Of a stretch of DNA of 64,000 bases, positions 43,836-53,105 are shown in pieces. The stretch comes from Betaproteobacteria bacterium (GTDB taxonomy: Bacteria > Pseudomonadota > Gammaproteobacteria > Burkholderiales > CAIKXV01): contig JAJTHE010000040.1 in the NCBI GenBank assembly GCA_021298815.1, positions 3,999-67,998 on the forward strand, read 5' to 3'. The first letter of the stretch is position 1, and the number at the start of each line of letters is the position of its first letter. The translations under genes were made by a program, and so were the position numbers. The notes beneath the pieces were generated by a model. That model had not been told where the DNA came from. It was given only the letters and a program-made list of their open reading frames with translations, and did not search any database.

Positions 43836-45251
43836 TCAGGCGCCGCCGCAGCGTTCCTCGATGTAGCGCTTCACCGCCGCGGTGTCGGCATCCATCACGT
43901 CGAAGCGACGCGGCGCCGACTCGAGCGACTCGAAGCCGGGCGGCCGCGCAGGAGGACGGCCAAGCGCCTCGACGATCGTAGCCTCGAACTTCACCGGCAG
44001 GGCCGTTTCGAGGCACACGACGTTCTCGCCGGGTTCGCGCAGTTCCAGCGCCACCTTGATGCCATCGGCGGTATGCGTATCGACGATGCGGCCGCTGCCT
44101 TCGAAGGTGCCGCGGATGGTGCGCAGCCGGTCGGCATGCGTGCTGTGCCCGGACACGAACCCGGTCGCCGCCACCCGGCCGAACTCGCCACTGGCGACCA
44201 GGTCGAACGCGCCGCTGCGGTCGATCTCGCGCCAAAGGGCGGCAACGCGCGCGCCGTCGCCGTCGACCAGGTCGTAGACGTAGCGCTCGAAGTTGGAAGC
44301 CTTCGAGATGTCCATCGACGGGCTGGACGTCTGCCGCGTCTCCCGCGAGGTGCGCGGCCGGTAGGTGCCGGTGCGGAAGAACTCGTCGAGCACGTTGTTC
44401 TCGTTCGTCGCCAGCATCAGCCGCCGGATCGGCAGGCCCATGCGGCGGGCGACATGGCCAGCGCAGATGTTGCCGAAGTTGCCCGAAGGCACGCAGAACG
44501 ACACCGCCTCGTCCTCGGAACGGGTCGCCGCGAACCAGCCCTTGAAGTAGTACACCACCTGCGCGACCAGCCGCGCCCAGTTGATCGAGTTGACGGTGCC
44601 GATGCGATGGCGCGCCTTGAACGCGAGGTCGCCACTGACCGCCTTCACGATGTCCTGGCAGTCGTCGAACACGCCGCGGATCGCGATGTTGTGGATGTTC
44701 GGGTCCATCAGCGAGAACATCTGCGCCGTCTGGAACGGGCTCATCGCCTCGTGTGGCGACAGCATGAACACGCGGATCCCGGCCTTGCCGCGCATTGCGT
44801 ACTCGGCGGCCGATCCGGTGTCGCCCGAGGTCGCGCCGAGGATGTTCAGCGATTCCCCGCGTTCGGCCAGCACGAACTCGAACAGGTTGCCGAGCAGCTG
44901 CATCGCGACGTCCTTGAACGCGAGCGTCGGGCCGTTGGACAACTGCAGCAGGTGCAGGCCCGGCTGCAGCGTGGTGAGCGGCGTCACCGCCTCGGAGCCG
45001 AACACCTCCGCGCGGTAGGTGCGGTCGACGATGGAACGCAGCGCCGCCGGCGGGATGTCGTCGATGAACAGCGAAAGGATCTCGAAGGCCAGTGCGCGGT
45101 AGTCGAGGCCGCGCCAGCGCGCGAGCGTGGCCCGGTCGACCTGCGGATAGCGCTCGGGCATCGCCAGCCCGCCGTCGGGCGCCAGCCCCTGGAGCAGGAT
45201 CTCGCGGAAGCTCGCCGGCGCCATCCCGCCGCGGGTGCTCAGGTAGCGCAC
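43836..45251 (-). CDS. thrC: Threonine synthase
   Basis: 471-aa track ORF with a GTG start. It has the MRYLSTRG N-terminus, the PLP-lysine motif GPTLAFKD, and GATSGDTGSAA. Confidence 0.92.
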   Translation of the reverse strand: MRYLSTRGGMAPASFREILLQGLAPDGGLAMPERYPQVDRATLARWRGLDYRALAFEILSLFIDDIPPAALRSIVDRTYRAEVFGSEAVTPLTTLQPGLHLLQLSNGPTLAFKDVAMQLLGNLFEFVLAERGESLNILGATSGDTGSAAEYAMRGKAGIRVFMLSPHEAMSPFQTAQMFSLMDPNIHNIAIRGVFDDCQDIVKAVSGDLAFKARHRIGTVNSINWARLVAQVVYYFKGWFAATRSEDEAVSFCVPSGNFGNICAGHVARRMGLPIRRLMLATNENNVLDEFFRTGTYRPRTSRETRQTSSPSMDISKASNFERYVYDLVDGDGARVAALWREIDRSGAFDLVASGEFGRVAATGFVSGHSTHADRLRTIRGTFEGSGRIVDTHTADGIKVALELREPGENVVCLETALPVKFEATIVEALGRPPARPPGFESLESAPRRFDVMDADTAAVKRYIEERCGGA

Positions 45252-45254
45252 CGG

Positions 45255-46595
45255 CTACAGCTCTTCCAGGCGCAGGCGGGTGACGCTGCCGGTCACCGTC
45301 GCCAGGGCCTCGATGCGCGCGATCGCATCGACCATGTCGCGCTCGATCGTGCGGTGGGTGAGCAGGATGATGTCCGCCTCGTGCTCGCCGGCGGCCGGCT
45401 CCTTCTGCACCATCGCATCGATCGAGATAGTGCGGTCGGCCAGGATGCGCGTGATGTCGGCGAGCACGCCGGGCTTGTCCTGCACCCGCATGCGCAGGTA
45501 GTAGGCGGTCTCGATGTCCTGGATCGGCAGGATCGGCAGGTTGGAGATGCGGTCGGGCTGGAAGGCCAGGTGCGGCACGCGGTTCTCGGGGTCGACCGTC
45601 GCCAGCCGGGTGACGTCGACCAGGTCGGCGACCACCGCCGATGCAGTCGGCTCGGAGCCCGCGCCGGCACCGTAGTACATGGTCTGGCCGACGGCATCGC
45701 CCTTCACCAGCACCGCGTTCATCACGCCCTCGACGTTCGCGATCAGCCGCTTCGCCGGGATCAGCGTCGGGTGCACCCGCAGCTCGATGCCGGCGGCAGC
45801 GCCCTCGCCCACGCGCCGGGTGATGCCCAGCAGCTTGATCCGGTAGCCGAGTTCCTCGGCGTAGCGGATGTCCTCGGCGGTCAGCCTGGTGATGCCCTCG
45901 GTGTACGCGCGCTCGAACTGCATCGGCACGCCGAAGGCGATCGCCGACATGATGGTGAGCTTGTGCCCGGCATCGATGCCCTCGATGTCGAAGGTCGGGT
46001 CCGCTTCCGCGTAGCCGAGCTTCTGCGCCTGCGCGAGCACCGTGTCGAACGCAAGGCCCTTGTCGCGCATCTCGGACAGGATGAAGTTGCTGGTGCCGTT
46101 GATGATGCCGGCGATCCATTCGATGCGGTTGGCGGTCAGCCCTTCGCGCAGCGCCTTGATGATCGGGATGCCACCGCCGACCGCCGCCTCGAACGCGACC
46201 ATCACGCCCCTGGCCTGCGCGGCGCCGAAGATCTCGTTGCCGTGCAGCGCGAGCAGAGCCTTGTTGGCGGTGACCACGTGCTTGCCATGGGCGATCGCCT
46301 CGAGGATGAGGTCCTTCGCGATGCCATAGCCGCCGATCAGTTCGACCACGATGTCGATGTCCGGGTCGCGCACCACCGAAAAGGCGTCGTCGACGACCTG
46401 CGCAGGCGCCTCGCCGGCGACGGTGCACCCGGCCACCAGCGCACGGGCGCGGGCGAGGTCCTTGTCGGCGACCCGGATGATGCGGATGCCACGCCCCGCC
46501 CGTCGTTCGATCTCGTCACGGTTGCGCGCGAGCACCCCGAAGGTACCCCCGCCGACGGTGCCGATGCCCAGCAGACCCACGTTGATCGGTTTCAT
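45255..46595 (-). CDS. hom: Homoserine dehydrogenase
   Basis: 446-aa track ORF with NAD fold [17 protein letters not shown], a catalytic domain and a C-terminal ACT-like domain. It has a 1-nt stop/start overlap with the upstream aminotransferase. Confidence 0.92.
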   Translation of the reverse strand: MKPINVGLLGIGTVGGGTFGVLARNRDEIERRAGRGIRIIRVADKDLARARALVAGCTVAGEAPAQVVDDAFSVVRDPDIDIVVELIGGYGIAKDLILEAIAHGKHVVTANKALLALHGNEIFGAAQARGVMVAFEAAVGGGIPIIKALREGLTANRIEWIAGIINGTSNFILSEMRDKGLAFDTVLAQAQKLGYAEADPTFDIEGIDAGHKLTIMSAIAFGVPMQFERAYTEGITRLTAEDIRYAEELGYRIKLLGITRRVGEGAAAGIELRVHPTLIPAKRLIANVEGVMNAVLVKGDAVGQTMYYGAGAGSEPTASAVVADLVDVTRLATVDPENRVPHLAFQPDRISNLPILPIQDIETAYYLRMRVQDKPGVLADITRILADRTISIDAMVQKEPAAGEHEADIILLTHRTIERDMVDAIARIEALATVTGSVTRLRLEEL

Positions 46596-47791
46596 CAGAG
46601 CAGCCCATCCTTGCGGAACATCTCTTTCACGCCGCGCGTGGCCTGGCGGATGCGCGACTCGTTCTCGATAAGCGCCAGGCGCACATGGTCGTCGCCGTAC
46701 TCGCCGAAGCCGATGCCGGGCGAGGCGGCGAGCCTGGCCTCTTCGAGCAGCTTCTTCGAGAACTCGAGCGAACCCATCTTCGCGTACGGCTCCGGGATCT
46801 TCGCCCAGATGTACATCGCCGCCTTTGGCGACTCGACCATCCAGCCGGCCGCGTGAAGGCCCTGCACCATCACGTCGCGCCGCTTCTGGTAGGTCATCGC
46901 GATCTCGTGCACGCAGTCCTGCGGGCCCTCGAGCGCGAGGATCGAGGCGATCTGGATCGGGGTGAAGGTTCCGTAGTCGTGGTAGCTCTTCATCCGCGCC
47001 AGCGCCGACACGAGGTCGCGGTTGCCGACCATGAAGCCGACGCGCCAGCCGGCCATGTTGTAGCTCTTCGACATCGTGAAGAACTCGACCGCGACGTCGC
47101 GCGCACCGGGCACCTCCATGATCGACGGCGCACGGTAGCCGTCGAACGTGATGTCCGCGTAGGCGAGGTCATGCACGACATAGATGTCGTGGCGGCGCGC
47201 GATGTCGATGATCTTCTCGAAGAACGGCAGGTCGACGCACTGGCTGGTCGGGTTCGACGGGAAGTTGAGGATCAGCATCTTCGGCTTCGGGTACGACTCC
47301 TTCATCGCGCGGTCGAGCTCGTCGAAGAAGTCCACCCCCGGCGTCATCCGCACGTGGCGGATGTCGGCTCCGGCGATCACCGGGCCGTAGATGTGGATCG
47401 GGTAGCTGGGGTTGGGCACCAGCACGATGTCGCCGCGGTCGAGGGTGGCCAGCGCCAGGTGCGCGATGCCTTCCTTCGAGCCGATGGTGACGATCGCCTC
47501 GCTGTCCGGGTCGAGTTCGACCCCGTAGCGGGTCTGGTACCAGCTGCAGATCGCCTTGCGCAGCCGCGGGATGCCCTTGGACGCCGAGTAGCCATGCGTG
47601 TCGGGCCGCTGCGCCGCCTCGACCAGCTTGGCGACGATGTGCGGCGGCGTCGGCCCGTCAGGGTTGCCCATCGACAGGTCGATGATGTCCTCGCCGCGGC
47701 GGCGGGCGGCCATCTTCAGTTCCGCCGTGATGTTGAACACGTACGGCGGCAGGCGTCGGATGCGGGCGAATTCTTCCATCTGTTCAGTCAC
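46595..47791 (-). CDS. Class I/II PLP-dependent aminotransferase (AlaC-like)
   Basis: 398-aa track [11 protein letters not shown] and the PLP-lysine motif [15 protein letters not shown] are present. It is the first gene of the aminotransferase-hom-thrC unit. Confidence 0.9.
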   Translation of the reverse strand: MTEQMEEFARIRRLPPYVFNITAELKMAARRRGEDIIDLSMGNPDGPTPPHIVAKLVEAAQRPDTHGYSASKGIPRLRKAICSWYQTRYGVELDPDSEAIVTIGSKEGIAHLALATLDRGDIVLVPNPSYPIHIYGPVIAGADIRHVRMTPGVDFFDELDRAMKESYPKPKMLILNFPSNPTSQCVDLPFFEKIIDIARRHDIYVVHDLAYADITFDGYRAPSIMEVPGARDVAVEFFTMSKSYNMAGWRVGFMVGNRDLVSALARMKSYHDYGTFTPIQIASILALEGPQDCVHEIAMTYQKRRDVMVQGLHAAGWMVESPKAAMYIWAKIPEPYAKMGSLEFSKKLLEEARLAASPGIGFGEYGDDHVRLALIENESRIRQATRGVKEMFRKDGLL

Positions 47792-47905
47792 CTGGCACCG
47801 CGACGGCGGGCCGGCGGCACATTGTGGAAAGCCTTCGAGTTTACCCGAGCCGACCGTCCCGCGCGCCCGCGGGCGGATACGGTCAGGCGGCGGCGGCCGA
47901 CACCC

Positions 47906-48766
47906 TCAGCCGGCGAATTCCGCGCTGGCGCTCAACGCGACCGCGCCGGTGTCGTCCTCCGCCCAGAGCTTCGCGCTGCGCCCGTCGGCCGACGGCTCGC
48001 CGCACAGGGTGATCGCCCGGTTGACGAACAGCGGGCGGACGTTGCGCGAGGCCATGTTGCGCAGCGGGCTCGATGCATGCGTGCGCGCCAGCTCGAACAC
48101 CAGCAGCGTGGTCAGGCCGCCGTTCATCACCAGCGCCGGATAACCCTCGGTGCCGGTCACGTACGGATGGTCGTAATGGATGCGGTGGCCGTTGAAGGTC
48201 AGCGCCGAATACCGGAACAGCATCACCGGGTCCGGCGTCACCACCTTCTTCCAGACCGCCGTGCCGGGCGCCGGCATCGGTACCGCCGGCGCCTTCGGTG
48301 CGGCCGGATCCGGTTCCTCGCGGTAGACGATGTCCTGTTCCTCGACCACCGCCAGCCCGCGCGGGCTGGAGATCTCGGTGCGCACCGTGACGAACACCAT
48401 CTGCCCAGACTTACCGACCTTCGGCGTGACGCTCTGGATCACCGATTCGCGCTTCGCCTCGTCGCCCACCCGCAGGTCGCCCTGGAACGTGATGCGCTTG
48501 CCGGCGAACATCCGCCGCGGCAGGGGTACCGGCGGCAGGAAGTCGCCACGCTGCGGATGCCCGTCCGGCCCGATCTGGGACTGGCGCACCACGCGCGGGA
48601 ACAGGATCGAGTGCCAGCCGATGGGCAGCACGTCGCCCGCCTTCGGGCGCGGATCGTCGCGGTCGAGCGTGCACGACAACCGGTGCACCGACGGCACGGT
48701 CACGTAGTCGATGTCGGATTCGCGGTTGCCGATCCACTCGGCGAGGCGGTCGAGGTCATGGGTCAT
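47906..48766 (-). CDS. FAS1-like/MaoC-N-type hot-dog dehydratase (acyl-CoA hydratase-like)
   Basis: Track ORF 47906..48790 trimmed to ATG 48766 (GAGGAG SD). The 286-aa double hot-dog-like layout (PIGWHSILFP..; ..FRYSALTFNGHRIHYD) fits my memory of HTD2/mesaconyl- or itaconyl-CoA hydratase-type proteins. Confidence 0.7.
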   Translation of the reverse strand: MTHDLDRLAEWIGNRESDIDYVTVPSVHRLSCTLDRDDPRPKAGDVLPIGWHSILFPRVVRQSQIGPDGHPQRGDFLPPVPLPRRMFAGKRITFQGDLRVGDEAKRESVIQSVTPKVGKSGQMVFVTVRTEISSPRGLAVVEEQDIVYREEPDPAAPKAPAVPMPAPGTAVWKKVVTPDPVMLFRYSALTFNGHRIHYDHPYVTGTEGYPALVMNGGLTTLLVFELARTHASSPLRNMASRNVRPLFVNRAITLCGEPSADGRSAKLWAEDDTGAVALSASAEFAG

Positions 48767-48861
48767 TGACTGCTCCTCTGTGCGTAACACTTCGTTTCAG
48801 TGCTTGCGGATCGTACACCGGAGGCGAATACTGTCGTCATTGCGGTCGCGGCCAGCGACGC

Positions 48862-48904
48862 AAGCAGCTTCGGCCGGGAGGGGCGACCCTGCCGGCTGCT
48901 TTTT
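48862..48904 (+). terminator. Canonical intrinsic terminator on the plus strand (imperfect GC-rich hairpin AAGCAGC..GCTGCTT followed by TTTTT)
   Basis: Read directly: AAGCAGCTTCGGCCGGGAGGGGCGACCCTGCCGGCTGCTTTTT. The T-run is on the plus strand although both flanking genes are on the minus strand. On the minus strand the hairpin follows the MCP stop but has no U-run. Confidence 0.45.
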
Positions 48905-48929
48905 GGGTGCCGCGCGGGGAAGCGCTCCC

Positions 48930-50453
48930 TCAGGCGCCCAACCGGTACTGGCCCACGGCATCGCCCAGCGCCTCCGCGGTCGCGCTCAGCTGCAGCGCAT
49001 CGCCGGCGATGGCGGTGGTCGCCTCGCGCGCCTGGCCGGTCATCGCGGCGATCCGCGCGACATGGCTGCTCATTGCGCCGGTCGCGCCGGCATGCTGCTC
49101 GAGCGCCGCGGCGATCTCGCGTACGCTGTCGCGGGCCTGCGCCGACTGCTCGCGGATCGCGCCGATCGTGGCGCCGGCGTCGCCGGCGTACGACAACCCG
49201 GCATCGACACGCTGCACCGCGTCGGCGATGCGCTCGGTCACCTCTGCCCGCACGACCATGATCTCCTCGATCATCCGGCTGATCTCGCCGGTCGAGCGCC
49301 CGGTCTCGTCGGACAGCTTGCGCACCTCGTCGGCGACCACCGCGAAGCCGCGGCCGGCGTCGCCGGCACGCGCTGCCTCGATCGCCGCGTTCAAGGCGAG
49401 CAGGTTGGTCTGCTCGGCGATATCCCGGATGATACGCACCACGTCCTGCACCGCGGCAGATTTCTCGCCCAGCGTCTCGACCACGGCAGCCGCTTCGTTC
49501 ACCGAGCGCGCCATCGAGCGCATCGAGCCCACGGCTTCCTCGATCACCGTCGCGCCGAGGGCGGCGCGCTGCGCCGACTGCTCGGCCGCGGTGCACGCCT
49601 GCTGCGCGCTCTGCGCGATGGTGTTCACCGAAGCGCCGATCTGGTCAACGGCGACCGCCGCGGCGCTTGCCGCCTGTGTCTGGTCGCTGCTGCCCTCCGC
49701 GATCCGGCGCGCCGAATCGGCAAGGGACGCCGATGCCGCAGCCATCTGGCGGGCGCTGCCGCCAGCGGTCTGCAGCGTCGACACCAGGCGCGACTGCATG
49801 CGCTCGAGCGCTGCGATCATCGGGCTGTCGGCCACGGCACGCTGGTCGAAGGCGTGGTCCAGCCGGCCCTCGGCCACGCTGCCGGCGAAGGCGACCGCCT
49901 GCTGGCTGCGTTCGACCATGCGCGCGAGCATCGTCGCCAGGTAGCAGAGTACGCCCGCCTCCACCACGACATAGGCGGCATGCAGCAGCACCCAGCCGAA
50001 ACCCTGGGCCTGCGGGAACACGTAGACGCCGAAGCCTGCGCGCTGCATCGCGTCGAAGCCGAGGTGGTGCAGGGCGATCACCGCGGCCGCGAACACCACC
50101 GGGCGCCAGTCGCAATACGCGAGCAGGAAGGCAAGCAGCACGAAGATGCCGAAGTGCATCTCGATCAGGCCTTGGCTGAGCTGGATCATCAGCGCGGAGA
50201 AGATCATCAGCGATGCGGCCACGGCCAGCCGCACCGCCAGGCTGCCGGGAGCGGCGAGGTACAGGCCGAGGGGAACCGCGAGCGCCGGGATGCCGACCAT
50301 CAGCGCCTGGGCGAGCCCGCCCAGCGTCGCGGCCATGCCGACGCAGATCACCAGCAGCAGCATGCAGGTGGCGAGCATCAGGCGGTCGGTGCTGCGCTGC
50401 AGGTCCTGCAGCAGGTCGGGCCCTGGCGCGCCCGGCGGGGATGCGGTCGTCAT
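48930..50453 (-). CDS. Methyl-accepting chemotaxis protein with polytopic (about 6 TM) N-terminal membrane sensor
   Basis: Track ORF 48930..50651 trimmed to ATG 50453. The conserved signalling hairpin is [38 protein letters not shown]. The N-terminal 200 aa is hydrophobic, with His residues inside predicted helices. Confidence 0.85.
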   Translation of the reverse strand: MTTASPPGAPGPDLLQDLQRSTDRLMLATCMLLLVICVGMAATLGGLAQALMVGIPALAVPLGLYLAAPGSLAVRLAVAASLMIFSALMIQLSQGLIEMHFGIFVLLAFLLAYCDWRPVVFAAAVIALHHLGFDAMQRAGFGVYVFPQAQGFGWVLLHAAYVVVEAGVLCYLATMLARMVERSQQAVAFAGSVAEGRLDHAFDQRAVADSPMIAALERMQSRLVSTLQTAGGSARQMAAASASLADSARRIAEGSSDQTQAASAAAVAVDQIGASVNTIAQSAQQACTAAEQSAQRAALGATVIEEAVGSMRSMARSVNEAAAVVETLGEKSAAVQDVVRIIRDIAEQTNLLALNAAIEAARAGDAGRGFAVVADEVRKLSDETGRSTGEISRMIEEIMVVRAEVTERIADAVQRVDAGLSYAGDAGATIGAIREQSAQARDSVREIAAALEQHAGATGAMSSHVARIAAMTGQAREATTAIAGDALQLSATAEALGDAVGQYRLGA

Positions 50454-50463
50454 CGAAGGACTT

Positions 50464-50613
50464 TCATCGCAATGCCGCGCAGGTGACGCCGCGCAGCCGG
50501 TTCTCGGATTCCATGTCCCACAGCAGGACGGCGGTCGTGCCCAGCCACAGGAAGAACAGGAACACCAGGAAACGCGGGGAGATGGCGCGTCCCGGCAACA
50601 GCGGTGTTTGCAT
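50464..50613 (-). CDS. 49-aa single-TM small protein (hypothetical), immediately upstream of the MCP
   Basis: Not in the track because it is below the size cut-off. My translation is [55 protein letters not shown] lies 8 nt before ATG 50613. Third-codon positions are mostly G/C, like the real genes here. The stop lies 10 nt before the MCP ATG. Confidence 0.4.
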   Translation of the reverse strand: MQTPLLPGRAISPRFLVFLFFLWLGTTAVLLWDMESENRLRGVTCAALR

Positions 50614-50691
50614 GGAATGCGCTCCACCCGACGTTGCCGTATTAACGGCACGCCCGGCAGCGGCTTTAGCGCGGCATCGCGCGCGCCATTC

Positions 50692-51648
50692 TCACTCGGC
50701 AGCGATGCCCGCGTTGCGGATCAGCGTGCCCCAGTAGGACAGTTCCTGGGCGATGGTACGGGCGAAGGCCGCGGGATCCTGGTACTGCGCGAAAGCCCCC
50801 TGCGAATCGGCCTTTTCCCGGAATTCCCTGCCCTCGACGATGCGCCGGACCTCCTCCGACAGCCGCCTGACCACGTCCGACGGCATGCCAGCGGGGCCGA
50901 GCAGGCCGAACCAGGACGCCACTTCATATTTCGGGAAGCCGGCCTCGGCTGCGGTCGGCACGTTCGGCATCGAAGGATGCCGGTTGCGCGCCGCATAGGC
51001 GATCGCACGCAGCTTGCCCGCCTGTACCTGCTGGATCACGCCGGGCGGCGTGGTGATGAAGATGTCGATGTTGCCGCCCATCAGGTCGAGCACCGCCGGC
51101 CCGCTGCCCTTGTACGGCACATGGATCATCTTCCCGCCGACCTGCTGCTCGAGGATCTCGCCGGCCAGGTGCTGGATCGATCCCGGCCCGGAGGAACCGT
51201 AGCTGACCTTGCCCGGGTTGGCACGGATCAGCTCGGCCAGTTCCTTCATCGTGGCCACCTTCGTCGACGGCCCCACGGCGATCACCTGCGGTGCGTAAAG
51301 CGCCATCGCGATCGGCGTGAAGTCCTTCACCGGGTCCCACTTCAGGCCCTTGAACAGGTGCGGATTGCCGACATGGAAGCCCGAGAACTGCAGCAGCAGC
51401 GTATGCCCGTCGGGTTTTGCCCGTGCGACCATCTCGGTGCCGATGTTGCCGGACGCGCCGCCGCGATTCTCGACGATCACCGGCTGGCCGAGTGCCTTCG
51501 CCAGCGGCTCCTGCAGCAGGCGGGCGGTGAAGTCGGTGGAACCGCCGGGAACGGTGGCGACGATCATCGTGACCGGCCGGGACGGGAACGATTGCGCCCA
51601 GGCAGCCGTCGACAGGCCCAGCAGCAGGGCGGCGATCATCCGTTTCAT
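50692..51648 (-). CDS. Bug/TctC-family periplasmic solute-binding protein
   Basis: 319-aa track ORF (50692..51651); ATG 51648 is preferred because GGAGGAG SD lies 6 nt upstream. [39 protein letters not shown]. Confidence 0.9.
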   Translation of the reverse strand: MKRMIAALLLGLSTAAWAQSFPSRPVTMIVATVPGGSTDFTARLLQEPLAKALGQPVIVENRGGASGNIGTEMVARAKPDGHTLLLQFSGFHVGNPHLFKGLKWDPVKDFTPIAMALYAPQVIAVGPSTKVATMKELAELIRANPGKVSYGSSGPGSIQHLAGEILEQQVGGKMIHVPYKGSGPAVLDLMGGNIDIFITTPPGVIQQVQAGKLRAIAYAARNRHPSMPNVPTAAEAGFPKYEVASWFGLLGPAGMPSDVVRRLSEEVRRIVEGREFREKADSQGAFAQYQDPAAFARTIAQELSYWGTLIRNAGIAAE

Positions 51649-51732
51649 CACTTGCTCCTCCGGTGGATGCCTGGCGCCGGACTGTGCCGTCCGGACATCG
51701 CAGGGCGAATCAGGGTAAGGACCAGGGCACGC

Positions 51733-52134
51733 TCAGGATTCCACGTAGCGGGAAATCTCGATCAGGTTGAGGTCCGGATCGCGAACATACACCGAGCGGA
51801 TGCGCCCGGTGGCCCCGGTGCGCGGACCCGGGCCTTCCTCGATCGGGACGCCCGCGGCCTGCAGGCGCTCGACCACCGCCTCGAGCGGGATCGAGGCGAT
51901 GAAGCAGAGGTCGAGCGCGCCCGGCACCGGCAGGTGCGCCCGCGGCTCGAACTCGGCACCCTTCACGTGCAGGTTGATCTTCTGGCTGCCGAAGCGGAAC
52001 GCGATCCGACCCTCGGGCAACTGCGGCGACACGCCGAAGCGCTCCAGTTCCATGCCGAGCACGCGCGTGTAGAAGTCGATCGCGCGCTCGGGGTCGGTGG
52101 TGGTCAGCACGAGATGGTCGAGGTGGTCGATCAT
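51733..52134 (-). CDS. VOC-family (glyoxalase/bleomycin-resistance/dioxygenase fold) protein
   Basis: Track ORF 51733..52662 trimmed to ATG 52134, which overlaps the upstream stop (ATGA). MIDHLDHLVLTTTDPERAIDFYTRVLGMEL. 133 aa. Confidence 0.8.
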   Translation of the reverse strand: MIDHLDHLVLTTTDPERAIDFYTRVLGMELERFGVSPQLPEGRIAFRFGSQKINLHVKGAEFEPRAHLPVPGALDLCFIASIPLEAVVERLQAAGVPIEEGPGPRTGATGRIRSVYVRDPDLNLIEISRYVES

Positions 52135-53105
52135 GGCGCCTCCGCGGCGCGGGCGCGCGCCTGCGCGACCGAGGCCGGCACCGGGTGCAGGTCCAGGCGG
52201 CGCCCCGCCTTCACCACCTGCCCCGGCAGTTCGTGCCCGACCAAGGCGCCGAGCCGGCGTGCGCAGGCGAGCAGCGCCGGCAGGTCCACGCCCGTGCCGA
52301 AACCTTCCAGCGCCAGCATGTGCGCGAGGTCTTCGGTGCACACGTTGCCGGTCGCACCCGGCGCATACGGGCACCCGCCCAGGCCGCCGAGCGACGCATC
52401 GAAACGGTCCACGCCCGCGTGCAGCGCGGCCAGCGCATTCGCCAGGCCCATGCCGCGCGTGTTGTGCACGTGGAGGGTGAGCATCGCCTGCGGGAAGCGC
52501 GTGCGAAACGCGGTACACAGCGCCGCCACCTGCGAGGGATACGCCATGCCGGTGGTGTCGCAGAGGGTGACCCCGCGCGCGCCGGCGTCGATGAAGGTCG
52601 CCGCGAAGCCGAGCACCTCGGCCGCCTGCACGTCGCCTTCCATCGGGCAGCCGAAGCTGCACGACAGCGAGACGTTCACCGGCACCTGCGCGTCGGCGGA
52701 CAGGCGGACCACCTGCAGCAGCTGGGCTACCGAGGCCGCGCGCCCCATCCGCAGGTTGGCCAGGTTGTGCGTCTCCGAGCAGGACATCACCAGGTTGAAT
52801 TCGTCCGGCGGCGCGGCCAGCGCGCGCTCCACGCCGCGCACGTTCGGCACCAGCACCGTGTACTCGACGCCTGGCACGCGCGCGATGCGGCGCATCACCT
52901 CGTCGGCGTCGGCCAGCATCGGTATCGCCTTCGGGGAGGTGAACGAGGTGACTTCGATCTTCGCCAGCCCGGTACGCGACAGCGCATCGACGAAGGCCAC
53001 CTTGTCGTCGGTAGCGACGAAGGTGGCTTCCGCCTGCAGGCCGTCGCGCATCGCGACGTCCTGCAGGTACACCCGGCGGCCCGGTTCGTTCGCGTCGCCG
53101 TCCAT
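52131..53105 (-). CDS. Hydroxymethylglutaryl-CoA lyase-like (DRE-TIM) C-C lyase
   Basis: Track ORF 52131..53438 trimmed to ATG 53105, a 1-nt overlap with the upstream stop. VYLQDVAMRDGLQ, TLHVHNTRGMGLANALAALHAGV and GGLGGCPYAPGATGNVCTEDL are present. Confidence 0.88.
   Translation of the reverse strand: MDGDANEPGRRVYLQDVAMRDGLQAEATFVATDDKVAFVDALSRTGLAKIEVTSFTSPKAIPMLADADEVMRRIARVPGVEYTVLVPNVRGVERALAAPPDEFNLVMSCSETHNLANLRMGRAASVAQLLQVVRLSADAQVPVNVSLSCSFGCPMEGDVQAAEVLGFAATFIDAGARGVTLCDTTGMAYPSQVAALCTAFRTRFPQAMLTLHVHNTRGMGLANALAALHAGVDRFDASLGGLGGCPYAPGATGNVCTEDLAHMLALEGFGTGVDLPALLACARRLGALVGHELPGQVVKAGRRLDLHPVPASVAQARARAAEAP

Noticed and set aside
43176-46856. Very long ORFs on the opposite strand or in alternative frames. 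Examples: 43176..46856 plus, 1226 aa; 43522..46428 minus, 968 aa; 2502..5123 plus; 14576..17275 minus; 19427..22069 plus; 50146..53172 plus; 24476..26404 minus.
   Set aside because: Their translations are Arg/Ala/Pro/Gly-rich low-complexity strings with no recognisable motifs. They overlap genes with unmistakable family signatures (thrC, hom, cydA, the P-type ATPase and others). Such shadow ORFs are expected in very GC-rich DNA because stop codons are rare.
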